NCBI GenBank assembly: GCA_041743505.1
Contig: JBGTMQ010000015.1
Span: 13,531 to 77,530, forward strand
DNA length: 64,000 nucleotides
Source: Candidatus Saccharimonadia bacterium
Lineage (GTDB): Bacteria; Patescibacteriota; Saccharimonadia; UBA4664
Direction of reading: 5' to 3'
Under the pieces are notes generated by a model. It ran no database searches, was not told where the DNA came from, and was given only the letters and a program-made list of their open reading frames with translations. A program made the position numbers and the translations under genes. Below are positions 30,858 to 40,866 of this stretch, in pieces. The stretch's first letter is position 1; the number at the start of each line of letters is the position of its first letter.

Positions 30858-31331
30858 TCATCCAACTGGATGGTTGCCCTTGCAGAACCTGTCTTCTTGC
30901 TCGCTCAGGCTGTTCGCGGCCGTTGGAACATTTTGTCCATGGACCCAGCCCACATACTGGCCGTTCTCGACGCGGCCGGGGACGTTCCCCTGGGTAGTGT
31001 TGTAGCGCTCGTTGAGACCGTTCCACCGGCCCAATAGTGGGTCGTTGCCACTAATACTTCCGCTCGTGCGCAATTGCTGGACCTGCTGAGCATCAACCAG
31101 GCAGGCCTGTTGCGCCAGGATATCCAAACGCGCAGCATCATCAGGCGCTGCCGTCAACTTGGCCTCTATTTCCGGCGAAATCGGCAGGAAGTAAGCCTGT
31201 CCCGTAGCCGGATCACTTGGAGGCTCGGCGGCGCTTGGAGCAAAAATGCGGCCACCCGTCACTACAACGAAAACCACAGCACCCAAAACGATCAGCACCA
31301 GAAATGCAGTAAACACTCGGCGACGCTTCAC
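30858..31331 (-). CDS. Secreted/membrane-anchored hypothetical protein
   Basis: KRRR + hydrophobic helix; GAGGTG SD. Confidence 0.65.
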   Translation of the reverse strand: MKRRRVFTAFLVLIVLGAVVFVVVTGGRIFAPSAAEPPSDPATGQAYFLPISPEIEAKLTAAPDDAARLDILAQQACLVDAQQVQQLRTSGSISGNDPLLGRWNGLNERYNTTQGNVPGRVENGQYVGWVHGQNVPTAANSLSEQEDRFCKGNHPVG

Positions 31332-31343
31332 TTCAATCTCACC

Positions 31344-31556
31344 TCAATCTTGATGGGGGGTTGCAAATCCATGCTCCACTGCCCATTCGCGGCCGGCTGG
31401 AGGGCATTCTTCGACTTTGCAGCCACACCCGGTACAGCCGAGAACCTCGGCATGATGGTCCCCACTACCCGCACCGGGCTTGTAACGATGCCCGCAAGGA
31501 CACCAGATATCTGGCCGGATCTCTGCATGCGTTCGCCCACTCGACTTGCCTGACAT
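31344..31556 (-). CDS. Small Cys/His-rich putative metal-binding protein
   Basis: CPCGH...HH...CTGCGC; GAGGA SD. Confidence 0.5.
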   Translation of the reverse strand: MSGKSSGRTHAEIRPDIWCPCGHRYKPGAGSGDHHAEVLGCTGCGCKVEECPPAGREWAVEHGFATPHQD

Positions 31557-31650
31557 CTCATCCTCGTTCTCTTGGGACGGCCAAAGCATTGAACTAAGCG
31601 CAGCTTAGTAATAACACATTAGTTGTATATAATCAACTCGACAAGAGGCT

Positions 31651-32859
31651 CTACCGCGGCCACAGCTCTCGCAAACTCAATTTGCGGTTATACTCCAGGG
31701 TGCCATAACTAAACGCCCGTGTCGCAATTGCCAGCGCCACAACACTGCTTACCACCAGCACACCAACCCCCACGAGCATCTCAGTGCCGCTCAAGTTACC
31801 AACCGCATTACGCAGCATTAATGTGATCGGCGCTGTCAGCGGAAAAAAGCTAAAGAATTTCACAATCAATTGGTCAGGATCGTCAATAATAGGGAAGAGG
31901 GCATAGAGCGGCACGAGCATCCCAAACAGCGCCGTACCAAAGAAGTTATTCGCCTCCTTAGCTGTCGGTACAGCCGCCCCGATAGCTACCAGCAGTCCGG
32001 TAAACAGCAAGAACGAACACACAAACAAAATAGCTGCCACAAGCATCTGCAACGGATCTACTTGCAACGCCGACAAATTAATCACCGGCAGCTTGAGTTG
32101 CTTGCCAAAGAAGGCAAAGACCACCAAAAATGGCAGCACTATTATAGCTATCTGCAATGCCCCGAGCAGCACCAAAGTAATGATCTTGCCGATTATCAGC
32201 GTCCGTGCCTTTACAGCGGTCAAAATCATCTCGATCACCCGGTTCTCTTTTTCCTCCGTAGTACTAGCGAGCATTTGGTTCCCGAGCAAAACGATAATCA
32301 GGAAAAACAGGACCAGCAATGCTCCGGGCGCGATCATCCGCTTGGCCCGGTCAGTCTCCTGGCCGCCGATATATGTCGTGACCTTCGAGCTGACCGGCCC
32401 TTGAATAATAGCCACGGCTTGCTCCGAGCCCACGCCGCTCACCACGCTTGATTTCAGCAGTTGCTCCGCCACCGCCGAATACTTGCCGTTCTTGGTCAGT
32501 CCGACGTCTTTCGCATAAATCTCTATCGGCTGCTTGGCGGGATTAGTTGGATAATAAATAAACGCCTCCACCCGGCCCTCCCGAGCTTGCCGTATGCCGG
32601 CTGCCTTGTCTCTGGCCACCCCGGCCTTCATCTCGGCCAGCGCAGCCGGCAAAACCAATTTGGAATCGTCCAGTACCGCCATACTAAAACGTTCCTGACC
32701 AGCCTTCTCTTCCGCCTGTTCCGCCGACTGGCCGGAAAAATACGACAATCCAAATACGAATGCCATAAGTACCGGAACCGCCAACACACTCAACCAAAAT
32801 GTTTTCTTCTTTACCGTCCGCATAAACTCAAACGCAATGACTGTTCCCAGGTTATGCAC
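31651..32859 (-). CDS. ABC-2 (NatB-like) permease
   Basis: FEF..VKKK, EEKENRVIE, GKI, FPLTAP. Confidence 0.9.
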   Translation of the reverse strand: MHNLGTVIAFEFMRTVKKKTFWLSVLAVPVLMAFVFGLSYFSGQSAEQAEEKAGQERFSMAVLDDSKLVLPAALAEMKAGVARDKAAGIRQAREGRVEAFIYYPTNPAKQPIEIYAKDVGLTKNGKYSAVAEQLLKSSVVSGVGSEQAVAIIQGPVSSKVTTYIGGQETDRAKRMIAPGALLVLFFLIIVLLGNQMLASTTEEKENRVIEMILTAVKARTLIIGKIITLVLLGALQIAIIVLPFLVVFAFFGKQLKLPVINLSALQVDPLQMLVAAILFVCSFLLFTGLLVAIGAAVPTAKEANNFFGTALFGMLVPLYALFPIIDDPDQLIVKFFSFFPLTAPITLMLRNAVGNLSGTEMLVGVGVLVVSSVVALAIATRAFSYGTLEYNRKLSLRELWPR

Positions 32860-33781
32860 GGCCACCCTCCTCGCCTTCGCCATAAATCTGCACAAAAATA
32901 TCGTCCAATGAGGCTTGCTTTTCCTCGAACCGGCTAATCTTTAATGACGGCTGCTTGACCAGATCAGCCAGCACCTCCTGCGCGCTCACGCCATCTTTCG
33001 GCGCCAGCATTGCCATCCCCGACGAGCTCGTTAGTATCGTAAACAACCTGTTATGCGGCTTTAGCACTCCATCATGCCTCAACTCAATCTGGTTTGACCC
33101 ATATTGCTGCTTGATCTCGTCCACCGCCCCGTACAGCCGCCTTCGTCCGTCCTTGAGCAAGACGATCCGGTCACATAGCCGCTCCACCTCTTCCATCTGG
33201 TGAGTCACCAAAATGATCGTCGCACCCTCACGCTGGCGCTCCTCGATAATCTCCATCATCAAGCGCCGGTTCACCGGGTCAAAACCTTTGGTCGGCTCGT
33301 CCAAGATCAGTAGCTCCGGCTGGTTCATAATCGTTACCCCCAGCTGCACCTTCTGCTGCTGCCCACCCGATAACTTGTCCAGCCGCTCTCCCGCCTTATC
33401 AGCCAGCTCGACCCTCTTCAAAAATTCCAGCGACCACTCCCGCGCCTGCGCTGCCGGCATGTTCTTGAGCCGCCCGAAGTACACCATGGTATCCAGCACC
33501 CGCTCTTTTTTGTACAACCCCCGTTCTTCCGGCAGGTAGCCCAAAAAGCTACTCATTTCCGGCGAATACGGCCGCCCGTTTATCAAAAGCTCACCACTCG
33601 TAGCCGAATAAATCCCCAATAATACTCGCAACGTCGTCGTCTTGCCAGATCCGTTCGAGCCCAAAAACCCGAACACCTCGCCGCGCTTAACCTCAAACGA
33701 TAAATCCTCAATGACCGTCCGGTCCCCAAATCGCATTTGAAAATTCCGCACGGTAACAAGGTTGGCCTCGCTCATGGTCAC
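32852..33781 (-). CDS. ABC transporter ATP-binding protein (NatA-like)
   Basis: GSNGSGKT, YLPEERGLY, LSGGQ, SLDDIF. Confidence 0.95.
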   Translation of the reverse strand: MTMSEANLVTVRNFQMRFGDRTVIEDLSFEVKRGEVFGFLGSNGSGKTTTLRVLLGIYSATSGELLINGRPYSPEMSSFLGYLPEERGLYKKERVLDTMVYFGRLKNMPAAQAREWSLEFLKRVELADKAGERLDKLSGGQQQKVQLGVTIMNQPELLILDEPTKGFDPVNRRLMMEIIEERQREGATIILVTHQMEEVERLCDRIVLLKDGRRRLYGAVDEIKQQYGSNQIELRHDGVLKPHNRLFTILTSSSGMAMLAPKDGVSAQEVLADLVKQPSLKISRFEEKQASLDDIFVQIYGEGEEGGRA

Positions 33782-35397
33782 TGCGGCGCCTGCCAGGCCA
33801 CGCCTTCAAGCACCCAACCGCCCCGGCCATTTATCGAGTTAATCTCCGCCTGGCTGGTCGTATACAGCCGCTCACGGCTTAGAGAGTTTGCCATTCTATA
33901 CACCGGCAACGCCCCGCCGCCAGAGCCCACCCCGTAAAAAGCCACACCATCCACGACCCAGCCGTTATGACCATTCAGCGCATCCCGCTCCGCAGCACTG
34001 GCGGTAAATAATCGCTCTTTTGAAATAAAGTTAGCCAACCGGTAAACTGGCACGGCCCCGGTCGCACTACTCTTAGCCGCCATAAATCCGAACCCTTCCC
34101 AGACCCAACCACCCCGGCCATGAATCAGGTCACGCTCATTCACGCTCTGAGTAAACAGCCGCTCCTTCGTGGCATAATTCACCAGCCGGTACACCCGGAA
34201 CGTGTCAGGGTTAGTGTTCTCCTGTACCCGGTAAACCGTGCCGTTCGACACATCGGCGGCAAACATCTCGCCGTCCACGCTCTCGCCAAACGTCGACACG
34301 TTGCGCCCGGTCAACGTGGTCTGCAGCTGCTGTTCCCAGATACCATTTGGCTGTGACGTCAGCGTGTACAGGTGCCCGCTGCAATAATCGGCAAATAAAT
34401 AATGACCGTTCATCAACGGATAACTATTACCGCGGTAAGCATAGCCACCCGTCACCGAGCAGCGTCCGCTCGCATGGTTATAGGCGCCAATCGGCCCGTC
34501 ATACGCGCCCGCTGCCGCACAGCCGGCGGTGTTATAGCCCGCCGTGCCCTCAAAGCATCGCCAGCCATAATTCTTGCCACCCAAGCTTTCCGCCGGTTCC
34601 AGGTTAACCTCCTCCTGAGCACCTTGCCCCACATCCCCAATAAACTGGTTATGAGTCACCCGGTCAAACCCAAACCGCCACGGGTTCCTCAGCCCCAGCG
34701 ACCAAATCTCGTCCTCGCCGGCCTTACCTACAAACGGGTTATCACCCGGAATCACATAATTTCGCGCCCCGTCACCCGGAAACGCGTCACCGTTCAGGCT
34801 CAGCCGCAGTATCTTACCTAAAAACGAATTCTTGTTCTGGGCGTTATTAGCCGTATCACCGCCACCGCCGCCATCACCCGTGGCGATGTACAAATGCCCG
34901 TCCCGCGGCCCGAAGTTCATGTCGCCGCCGTTATGGTTGCCGTTCACCGGATGACCGATCATAATCGTTGGCTGCTCACTCCCCGGGTCAGCCAAATTTT
35001 GGTTTCCCGGGTCCCGCCTAAACCGCGACACCACAATATCACCGGCATTATTGTTGTAATACACATAAAACATGCCGTTAGAGGCATAATTGGGGTGAAA
35101 TACCAGCCCCAGCAGTCCTTCTTCGCCGCCACCGTCCTTCACCCGCCCGTTAATGTCCAAAAACGGCGTCCCCAAGACCGTGCCGTTCGATTGCACGATC
35201 TTAATTACCCCGGCCCGCTCCACCACAAACAACCTTCCGTCACCGGGAGTGCCGCTATTGGCAATATCCACCGGCGCACTCAAGCCAGTCGCAAAGCTCA
35301 CCAGGCTAATATCAAGCGTCAATGCTTGCGCCGGCCGGGAGGGAATTGCCACCCCCGCCATCACTATCGCCACCAAGACCAAAACCATGCGTTTCAT
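33778..35397 (-). CDS. Secreted PQQ-dependent sugar dehydrogenase (GSDH) with three C-terminal VYRL..ERL.T repeats (DUF5648-like)
   Basis: Signal peptide; GEEGLLG, NHNGG, GKILR, GLRNPWR, DVGQ, NYGW; 3 repeats. Confidence 0.9.
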   Translation of the reverse strand: MKRMVLVLVAIVMAGVAIPSRPAQALTLDISLVSFATGLSAPVDIANSGTPGDGRLFVVERAGVIKIVQSNGTVLGTPFLDINGRVKDGGGEEGLLGLVFHPNYASNGMFYVYYNNNAGDIVVSRFRRDPGNQNLADPGSEQPTIMIGHPVNGNHNGGDMNFGPRDGHLYIATGDGGGGGDTANNAQNKNSFLGKILRLSLNGDAFPGDGARNYVIPGDNPFVGKAGEDEIWSLGLRNPWRFGFDRVTHNQFIGDVGQGAQEEVNLEPAESLGGKNYGWRCFEGTAGYNTAGCAAAGAYDGPIGAYNHASGRCSVTGGYAYRGNSYPLMNGHYLFADYCSGHLYTLTSQPNGIWEQQLQTTLTGRNVSTFGESVDGEMFAADVSNGTVYRVQENTNPDTFRVYRLVNYATKERLFTQSVNERDLIHGRGGWVWEGFGFMAAKSSATGAVPVYRLANFISKERLFTASAAERDALNGHNGWVVDGVAFYGVGSGGGALPVYRMANSLSRERLYTTSQAEINSINGRGGWVLEGVAWQAPQ

Positions 35398-35521
35398 AAC
35401 ATCATTGTAGCAATAATCCGGGACCCGCAAATTAAAAACCCAGGCAATAGCCCGGGTTCGCAGTCATGGTTATGGCCCCAGAAAACTCCGGGGCCATAAC
35501 GCACCTCTGTGCAGCTCTTAC

Positions 35522-35812
35522 TCAATCTTCCCAGTCATCCAGCCCAAATTGAAGCGCCAGTACTCCGTCGGGCGTAATTTGGTATAACCGGCGCCGGGTA
35601 ACAAAGTCCTCGCGCTCCCGCCACTCCGACTGAACAAGTCCCCGATTTTCCAACCTTATAATCGAGGGGTAGATACGGCCAAGAGGGACCTCAGCCGCCC
35701 GGGCCATCTCGAGGCCTCCCCACCATAGCTCCGGCTCTCGTGCCAGTACCCTAAGCAGCTTCTCCCGGAGGTCGGCCGGACCAAACAGCTTCTTGAAAAG
35801 CCACCTGAACAT
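35522..35812 (-). CDS. PadR-family winged-helix regulator
   Basis: GRIYPSIIRLE..GLV.SEW...RRRLYQIT..G. Confidence 0.8.
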   Translation of the reverse strand: MFRWLFKKLFGPADLREKLLRVLAREPELWWGGLEMARAAEVPLGRIYPSIIRLENRGLVQSEWREREDFVTRRRLYQITPDGVLALQFGLDDWED

Positions 35813-35825
35813 AGGACCAGTGCCC

Positions 35826-36440
35826 CTACCTAATCGCCTGGATCCGGAACTGTTCCCGGCACACGCCCCGAATCGACGAGACCAACGCGTTGCCGATCAA
35901 AACGCGGGTCTCATCGGCCCGGTCTTCACAGTCATAGAACTCGCGGTACGCCACGCCAGTCTGTGAGTAAGCCGTATACATCACGCCTGCGCCCTCGAAA
36001 GCATTGATGTCCATGGTCATTTTACGTATTGCCTCATGCACCATCAGTATTGGCAAATAGTATACCGTTTCATCAGTCAGGGGGACTAAAAGCCGCGGGT
36101 AAAACTGTTCGATGACCCAGTCGCGCCACCCCGGCCGGCCGGCCCTTAAAGCCTCCATATCCATCAGCACAACTCGGGTAACCTGCACGCCTGCCCGAAT
36201 ACGCGCGGCCGCCAAGTCGGCGTAGTCCCGCCGGATGCGGCTATAATTTGGCTCGCGAAACAGCATCTCGGTACTTTCATCAAGCCGGCCGTCACACCAT
36301 GCCTGGCACGACTCCGAGTCGGCGAATAGCCCAGGGTAGTCATTGGCTGCCAATACCTTGGTCACCTTATGACCCCGCTGCTGCCTGCGCCACCACGCTT
36401 CCATTTCCGCCTGGGCCTCTAGGCCCGTCAACGTTTTCAT
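35826..36440 (-). CDS. Hypothetical protein (DUF6879-like, tentative)
   Basis: AGGAG SD, promoter TTGCAT-16-TATAGT; ARIRAGVQVTRV segment. Confidence 0.6.
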   Translation of the reverse strand: MKTLTGLEAQAEMEAWWRRQQRGHKVTKVLAANDYPGLFADSESCQAWCDGRLDESTEMLFREPNYSRIRRDYADLAAARIRAGVQVTRVVLMDMEALRAGRPGWRDWVIEQFYPRLLVPLTDETVYYLPILMVHEAIRKMTMDINAFEGAGVMYTAYSQTGVAYREFYDCEDRADETRVLIGNALVSSIRGVCREQFRIQAIR

Positions 36441-36594
36441 TGTGCTCCTGTCTCGAGGCTTGGGATAGGTACGTACGATGCGTAATAACCTACTATAGAA
36501 CATAAGCTAAAGAATGCAAATAACACCAGTCATGCCCACACAAAACTAAGAACCCGGACAAACGTCCGGGTTCTTAAAGTGTTTGGCAAAAAAC

Positions 36595-36660
36595 CTAGCC
36601 TAGCAGGCCGCCTAGTCCAACAGAAATGGCCACGGCTACTACAGCTGCAATCTCCAGCAT
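36595..36660 (-). CDS. 21-aa hydrophobic micropeptide MLEIAAVVAVAISVGLGGLLG
   Basis: GAGGAG SD 5 nt upstream; hairpin at about 36549-36575 downstream. Confidence 0.5.
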   Translation of the reverse strand: MLEIAAVVAVAISVGLGGLLG

Positions 36661-36903
36661 AGTTACTCCTCACATTATTTGATGTAGCTTCCGCATCGTA
36701 CAACGCTACTGGAGTCCTCCAGAAGAACAATGACACCAATAACACACCCAAGCATAGCCGCTATATTGTACGTTTTAGCCAAGGACAATCAAAGACCGTT
36801 AAGGGCAAGCGGAATAAAGCCAATGCATACCTGATTATCATTCTTGTTAATAAAGAAAGACCCACCAGCTAGCGTGCTGGTAGGTCATAAAAAACTCATT
36901 GGG

Positions 36904-37530
36904 CTAGAGACCAAGCAATTTGCGGGCCACCTCAGGGCCGCCAAGCCACTCGTTCACAAACCGTTGTCGGATAGTGGCCATTTGCCGGTCCACCAGCGCC
37001 AGCGATCTCTTCGGCACTCCTGGTGGTAGATCCACGATCAGCAGCTTGGTTTTCAGGTACACCTGCTGCTCCCAGCGGACACAAGCTATCGACGCATATC
37101 CGCCATCCACCGTCGGATCATATAGCCAGAGAGGGGAATTATCCGCTACCCCCTCAAAACTCCAACCCGTGTTGTCGAAGTGAATCTGATGACTCAAACT
37201 TCGCCGTCTGACGTTCTCTGCTAAAAACGGCAGATTGAGCCGGCTGCGTGCAATCAAGGAGGTCATCTGGGTAAGCACCAGAATCTCGGCATGACCCTCT
37301 TGATAAGCTTGAATAAGCCGCTCATCTAACGGCACATAGAGCTGGTACGGATGGCTCGGGTGGTCACCAGGCCACTGACAAATCGCTGACTCGATAAAAG
37401 GGTACCGTTCGTTTTTCCTGGTTGGCCTGGGATGAGCAAACCCGACTCGCGTACGCGTACGGACGTTTGTCTCGTGCCTCAGCTGCCCCACCGTAGTGGC
37501 GGCAAAACCGGCGGCCTCCGTCGGTGACAT
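36904..37530 (-). CDS. Orphan hypothetical protein
   Basis: GGAG SD; promoter-like TTTACT-17-TATTGT. Confidence 0.6.
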   Translation of the reverse strand: MSPTEAAGFAATTVGQLRHETNVRTRTRVGFAHPRPTRKNERYPFIESAICQWPGDHPSHPYQLYVPLDERLIQAYQEGHAEILVLTQMTSLIARSRLNLPFLAENVRRRSLSHQIHFDNTGWSFEGVADNSPLWLYDPTVDGGYASIACVRWEQQVYLKTKLLIVDLPPGVPKRSLALVDRQMATIRQRFVNEWLGGPEVARKLLGL

Positions 37531-37633
37531 GAGTGCTCCGTTCTTAGGGTGGGGAAGTAATACAATAACATGTAAATCAAAAATAGTAAAGCACCATCAG
37601 CATCATTTCGAAAGTCGCTTTATAATGTAAACA

Positions 37634-38665
37634 ATGAAGAAACCAATCCTCGTCACCCTAGCCGCCATCGGCCTGATCGCCGCCGCCATTGGCTTTATTC
37701 AATTCCAGCCGTCCTCATCTCCACAAGCTTCGCCTCAATCCCGGTCCCAGGATGAAGGTTCTGCCCCCTTCCACCCCCTAATGGTCGAAGCCATACAAAA
37801 ACGGCCGTACACGGCCGGCCCCATCACCACCGAGCGGGAAGTCAGCGCATTCACTGGCTACCGTAGCCAGGTAGTATCCTATCGCTCCGACGGCTTCAAA
37901 GTTTACGCCCTCATGAACACACCCACCGACCCCGCACCCACCTCTGGTTGGCCCGTATTAATACTCAGCCATGGCTATATCCAGCCACAGGCCTACCAGA
38001 CCCTCGGCGGTGACTACCAGTATTGGATCGAAGGGCTCACCCGCGCCGGCTTTGTAGTCATCAAGCCCGATTATCGGGGCCATGGCCAGTCCGAAGGCAC
38101 CGCCGAGGGTGGCCACTGGTCGCCAGTCTATACGTATGACGTACTCAACCTCACTGAGTCCCTCAAGCGCCACCCTGGCGTAGACGCCAGAAACATTGGC
38201 CTCATCGGTCACAGCATGGGTGGCAATGTCGTCCTCCGGGCAGTCGTAGCCTCCAAAGACATCAAGGCCTCAGCCATCCTGGCCGGTGTCGTAGCCTCAG
38301 CCCCCGATCTGTACAACACCTGGCGCGGCCGCAACTGGTCTCCGCCACCCGGCGCCCCAACAACCCGCCAGAAAATCGTCGATGCCCTGGGCGAACCCAA
38401 GGCAAATCCCGACTTCTGGCATAAAATCTCCGCCATCAACTACGTCAAAGCCGCCACCGGCCCGGTCCAGATCCATCACGGCACCAACGATGATACCGTT
38501 CCCAAAGCCTACAGCGACAGCCTGCAAACCGCCCTCCAACAAGCCGGCCGCCGGTCCGAATACTTCGTCTACGACGGCGGTGACCACCAGTTCAGCTCCA
38601 CCAGCGACTTGGCCCTCCAGCGCATGATCGCCCTCTTCAATGCCGAGCTAAAATCCGGCAGTTAG
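37634..38665 (+). CDS. Exported alpha/beta hydrolase (S9 peptidase-like)
   Basis: HGY, PDYRGHG, GHSMGG, HGTNDDTV, GDH. Confidence 0.9.
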   Translation: MKKPILVTLAAIGLIAAAIGFIQFQPSSSPQASPQSRSQDEGSAPFHPLMVEAIQKRPYTAGPITTEREVSAFTGYRSQVVSYRSDGFKVYALMNTPTDPAPTSGWPVLILSHGYIQPQAYQTLGGDYQYWIEGLTRAGFVVIKPDYRGHGQSEGTAEGGHWSPVYTYDVLNLTESLKRHPGVDARNIGLIGHSMGGNVVLRAVVASKDIKASAILAGVVASAPDLYNTWRGRNWSPPPGAPTTRQKIVDALGEPKANPDFWHKISAINYVKAATGPVQIHHGTNDDTVPKAYSDSLQTALQQAGRRSEYFVYDGGDHQFSSTSDLALQRMIALFNAELKSGS

Positions 38666-38701
38666 CCGCCTGCGAGTAACGAGGATGGTATAATTTTAAG
38701 C

Positions 38702-38875
38702 ATGAAATTTAGAAATCTGCTGCTATACATCGGACTAGCCATACTTGGATTTTGGTTGCTAGGATTTGCCCTTAACCTTGCCAAGTGGGCTATTGATATA
38801 GCTTTAATCGTCGGCTTGGTTCTGGTCATTCTCTCGCTCATAAACCAGTACACGGAAAACAAAAAGAAGCCGTAG
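38702..38875 (+). CDS. 57-aa two-TM protein (absent from the ORF track)
   Basis: MKFRNLLLYIGLAILGFWLL...; TATAAT 7 nt before ATG. Confidence 0.65.
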   Translation: MKFRNLLLYIGLAILGFWLLGFALNLAKWAIDIALIVGLVLVILSLINQYTENKKKP

Positions 38876-38932
38876 CGGATATTAGAACTATTCTTGCAGA
38901 ACATTCTTAGCTAAATAAAGTATGATTAGTGC

Positions 38933-39403
38933 ATGGCAAATCCAGACACCGGTATACCGGAAGAAGTTCTTCGCTCGGAACAAAAACCGGCCTCTCCTTC
39001 CCAAAATGATAAACCAAGCATATTAGGCCTACCCGGGTTGCCACCCGCAATATTAGACTTGGCCGTACAATACGGCCCCGTTCTGGTGTTGGCAGCCGCC
39101 GTACTCAGCGGGTTTAGTGCTGTGAGTATACTCACAGGGAGTGCAGCTGACCCCTCAGCCACTGGACTCCTGCCGCTAAGCGCCTTTTTTAGCCTGGCCG
39201 CTTCCGCCGCCATGGTTTTAGCCTATGTCTGGCTAACCCAAAAGCGCCGCATCGGCTGGAACACATTAGCGCTTGCATTAATAATCCAGTTTCTTGGCCA
39301 AATCTTAGTCACAGGTGTTAGCTCGGTACTGTATACCGGCATCGCAATACTGATCACGACGTATGTGATGCTACAATTACGCGACTTATATCCTAACGAT
39401 TAA
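38933..39403 (+). CDS. Multi-TM membrane protein
   Basis: About 4 TM helices, KRRIGW. Confidence 0.7.
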   Translation: MANPDTGIPEEVLRSEQKPASPSQNDKPSILGLPGLPPAILDLAVQYGPVLVLAAAVLSGFSAVSILTGSAADPSATGLLPLSAFFSLAASAAMVLAYVWLTQKRRIGWNTLALALIIQFLGQILVTGVSSVLYTGIAILITTYVMLQLRDLYPND

Positions 39404-39427
39404 AGCGGCCCCAGGTAGCAAAGCAAG

Positions 39428-39769
39428 CTAGAACTTCAGTAGCTTGTCATCAACCTCAACATTAAACAGGCCTAGCATGCCCTTTACCGGAAACGGCTCT
39501 TTCAGAACCCTCCGGTTACGTAGCTCCCAAGCCTGCGCCTTAGGATAGAGCTCAACGCAAGCCGCTGCCTCATCAAGTTCCGTCATGGGCCGCACGTCTA
39601 CCACTTCAACAACACACAGGGCAACACCTATCGGCTCCCCGTTTCCGGTAGTTGAAGCGCAAATAAGAATATCACCTCGATAGCTTGTGGACCACTTCCT
39701 GGTTTCAAGAGTTTTTCTCCCGCTTGCGACCCAGTTAGCATAGGGCTGCTTCAGCGACAGTGCTTTCAT
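39428..39769 (-). CDS. ASCH domain protein
   Basis: ALSLKQPYA...GRKTLETRKW..YRG, KGMLGLF. Confidence 0.92.
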   Translation of the reverse strand: MKALSLKQPYANWVASGRKTLETRKWSTSYRGDILICASTTGNGEPIGVALCVVEVVDVRPMTELDEAAACVELYPKAQAWELRNRRVLKEPFPVKGMLGLFNVEVDDKLLKF

Positions 39770-40377
39770 TCCGTCTTCAACCCCTTGGCCAACCGCTCAA
39801 AAAACCGCCAAGCGTATTCGTAATCATCCTTCACCAAATCCCGGGCTTCGTGAGTGGTAATTGCCTCCCACTTGCGCTTCAAATGCCCGCCAGTATAAAA
39901 GTCGGCGATAATATCGTCGAGCGTGTCGCCCTTGAGCGTCCGCACCATAATAATGCGCGCTACACCGACGGGCCCGAACACATCCAGCTTGTCGGCATCG
40001 CGCAATAGCGTGATCTCAATCGGCTCCTCAGCCTTCTTGTATTTAGGGTCTGAGCCATGATTGGCAATTGCTTCCAGGACGGCCTGGAGCTTCTCGGCCG
40101 GGAAGTCGCTCTCGCGCAAGACTTCCTCGGCAATCTTGTGGTCAAAATCGTGATAATCTTCGCCCGTTCGCTCTGGGTAATAGGCGGCCATATCGTGCAG
40201 AAGCGCTGCACCAGCCAGAACTTCTGCATCGTAGGTAACGCCAAGTTTGTCGGCCAGCTTAACGGCATACTGGTAAACCCGCCAATGATGATCGGGTCCG
40301 TGGCTTTTCAGTGGATTTACGGCTTCATTGTAGCGCCGCTCATTTGCTTCAAGCAGGGATCGCTCAAGGTCATTCAT
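39766..40377 (-). CDS. HD-domain phosphohydrolase
   Basis: HGPDH..RV, LLHD, DADKLD..G..G.AR. Confidence 0.9.
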   Translation of the reverse strand: MNDLERSLLEANERRYNEAVNPLKSHGPDHHWRVYQYAVKLADKLGVTYDAEVLAGAALLHDMAAYYPERTGEDYHDFDHKIAEEVLRESDFPAEKLQAVLEAIANHGSDPKYKKAEEPIEITLLRDADKLDVFGPVGVARIIMVRTLKGDTLDDIIADFYTGGHLKRKWEAITTHEARDLVKDDYEYAWRFFERLAKGLKTE

Positions 40378-40400
40378 ATGGATAAATGTCGGTCGCCAAA

Positions 40401-40814
40401 CTATTCGGTATATTTCTTGAAATTATCAAGAATAGTTTGCCAACCTGACCGCTGAACCTCTTCCGAATTTTCATTTTCAGGGTCGAAAGTCTGTGTAATT
40501 CTTACGCCCTCCGGAAGCTCTTCAAACTCGATTTTCACATGCCGGCCGTCGTCCATGTCGTACTCAATCAACTCGTGGTTTATTACAACCGTATAAACTC
40601 CGGCAAAATCAAAGCTGGTACTTTTGTCCTTTGCCGCCATGACAGTTTTAAATCTTCCACCAACGCGCACGTCGTTTTCAGCCTCAGGCGCCTCCCAATC
40701 ATCCGAAGCGAAAGCCCAGTTCACAATGTGCTCCGGCTTGGTCCAAGAGGCCCAGACCTTCTCGATTGGGGCCTTGACAATGCTTTCTACGATGATAGAT
40801 TCTTTCTGTTCCAT
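40401..40814 (-). CDS. SRPBCC (Aha1-like) domain protein
   Basis: EKVW..WT.PEHI..W, DVRVGGRF, QRSGWQ. Confidence 0.9.
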   Translation of the reverse strand: MEQKESIIVESIVKAPIEKVWASWTKPEHIVNWAFASDDWEAPEAENDVRVGGRFKTVMAAKDKSTSFDFAGVYTVVINHELIEYDMDDGRHVKIEFEELPEGVRITQTFDPENENSEEVQRSGWQTILDNFKKYTE

Positions 40815-40866
40815 AGCTCTATTTTATCAAGATTTTGTCACAACTAAAGCTTTAGTAAAATAAAAT

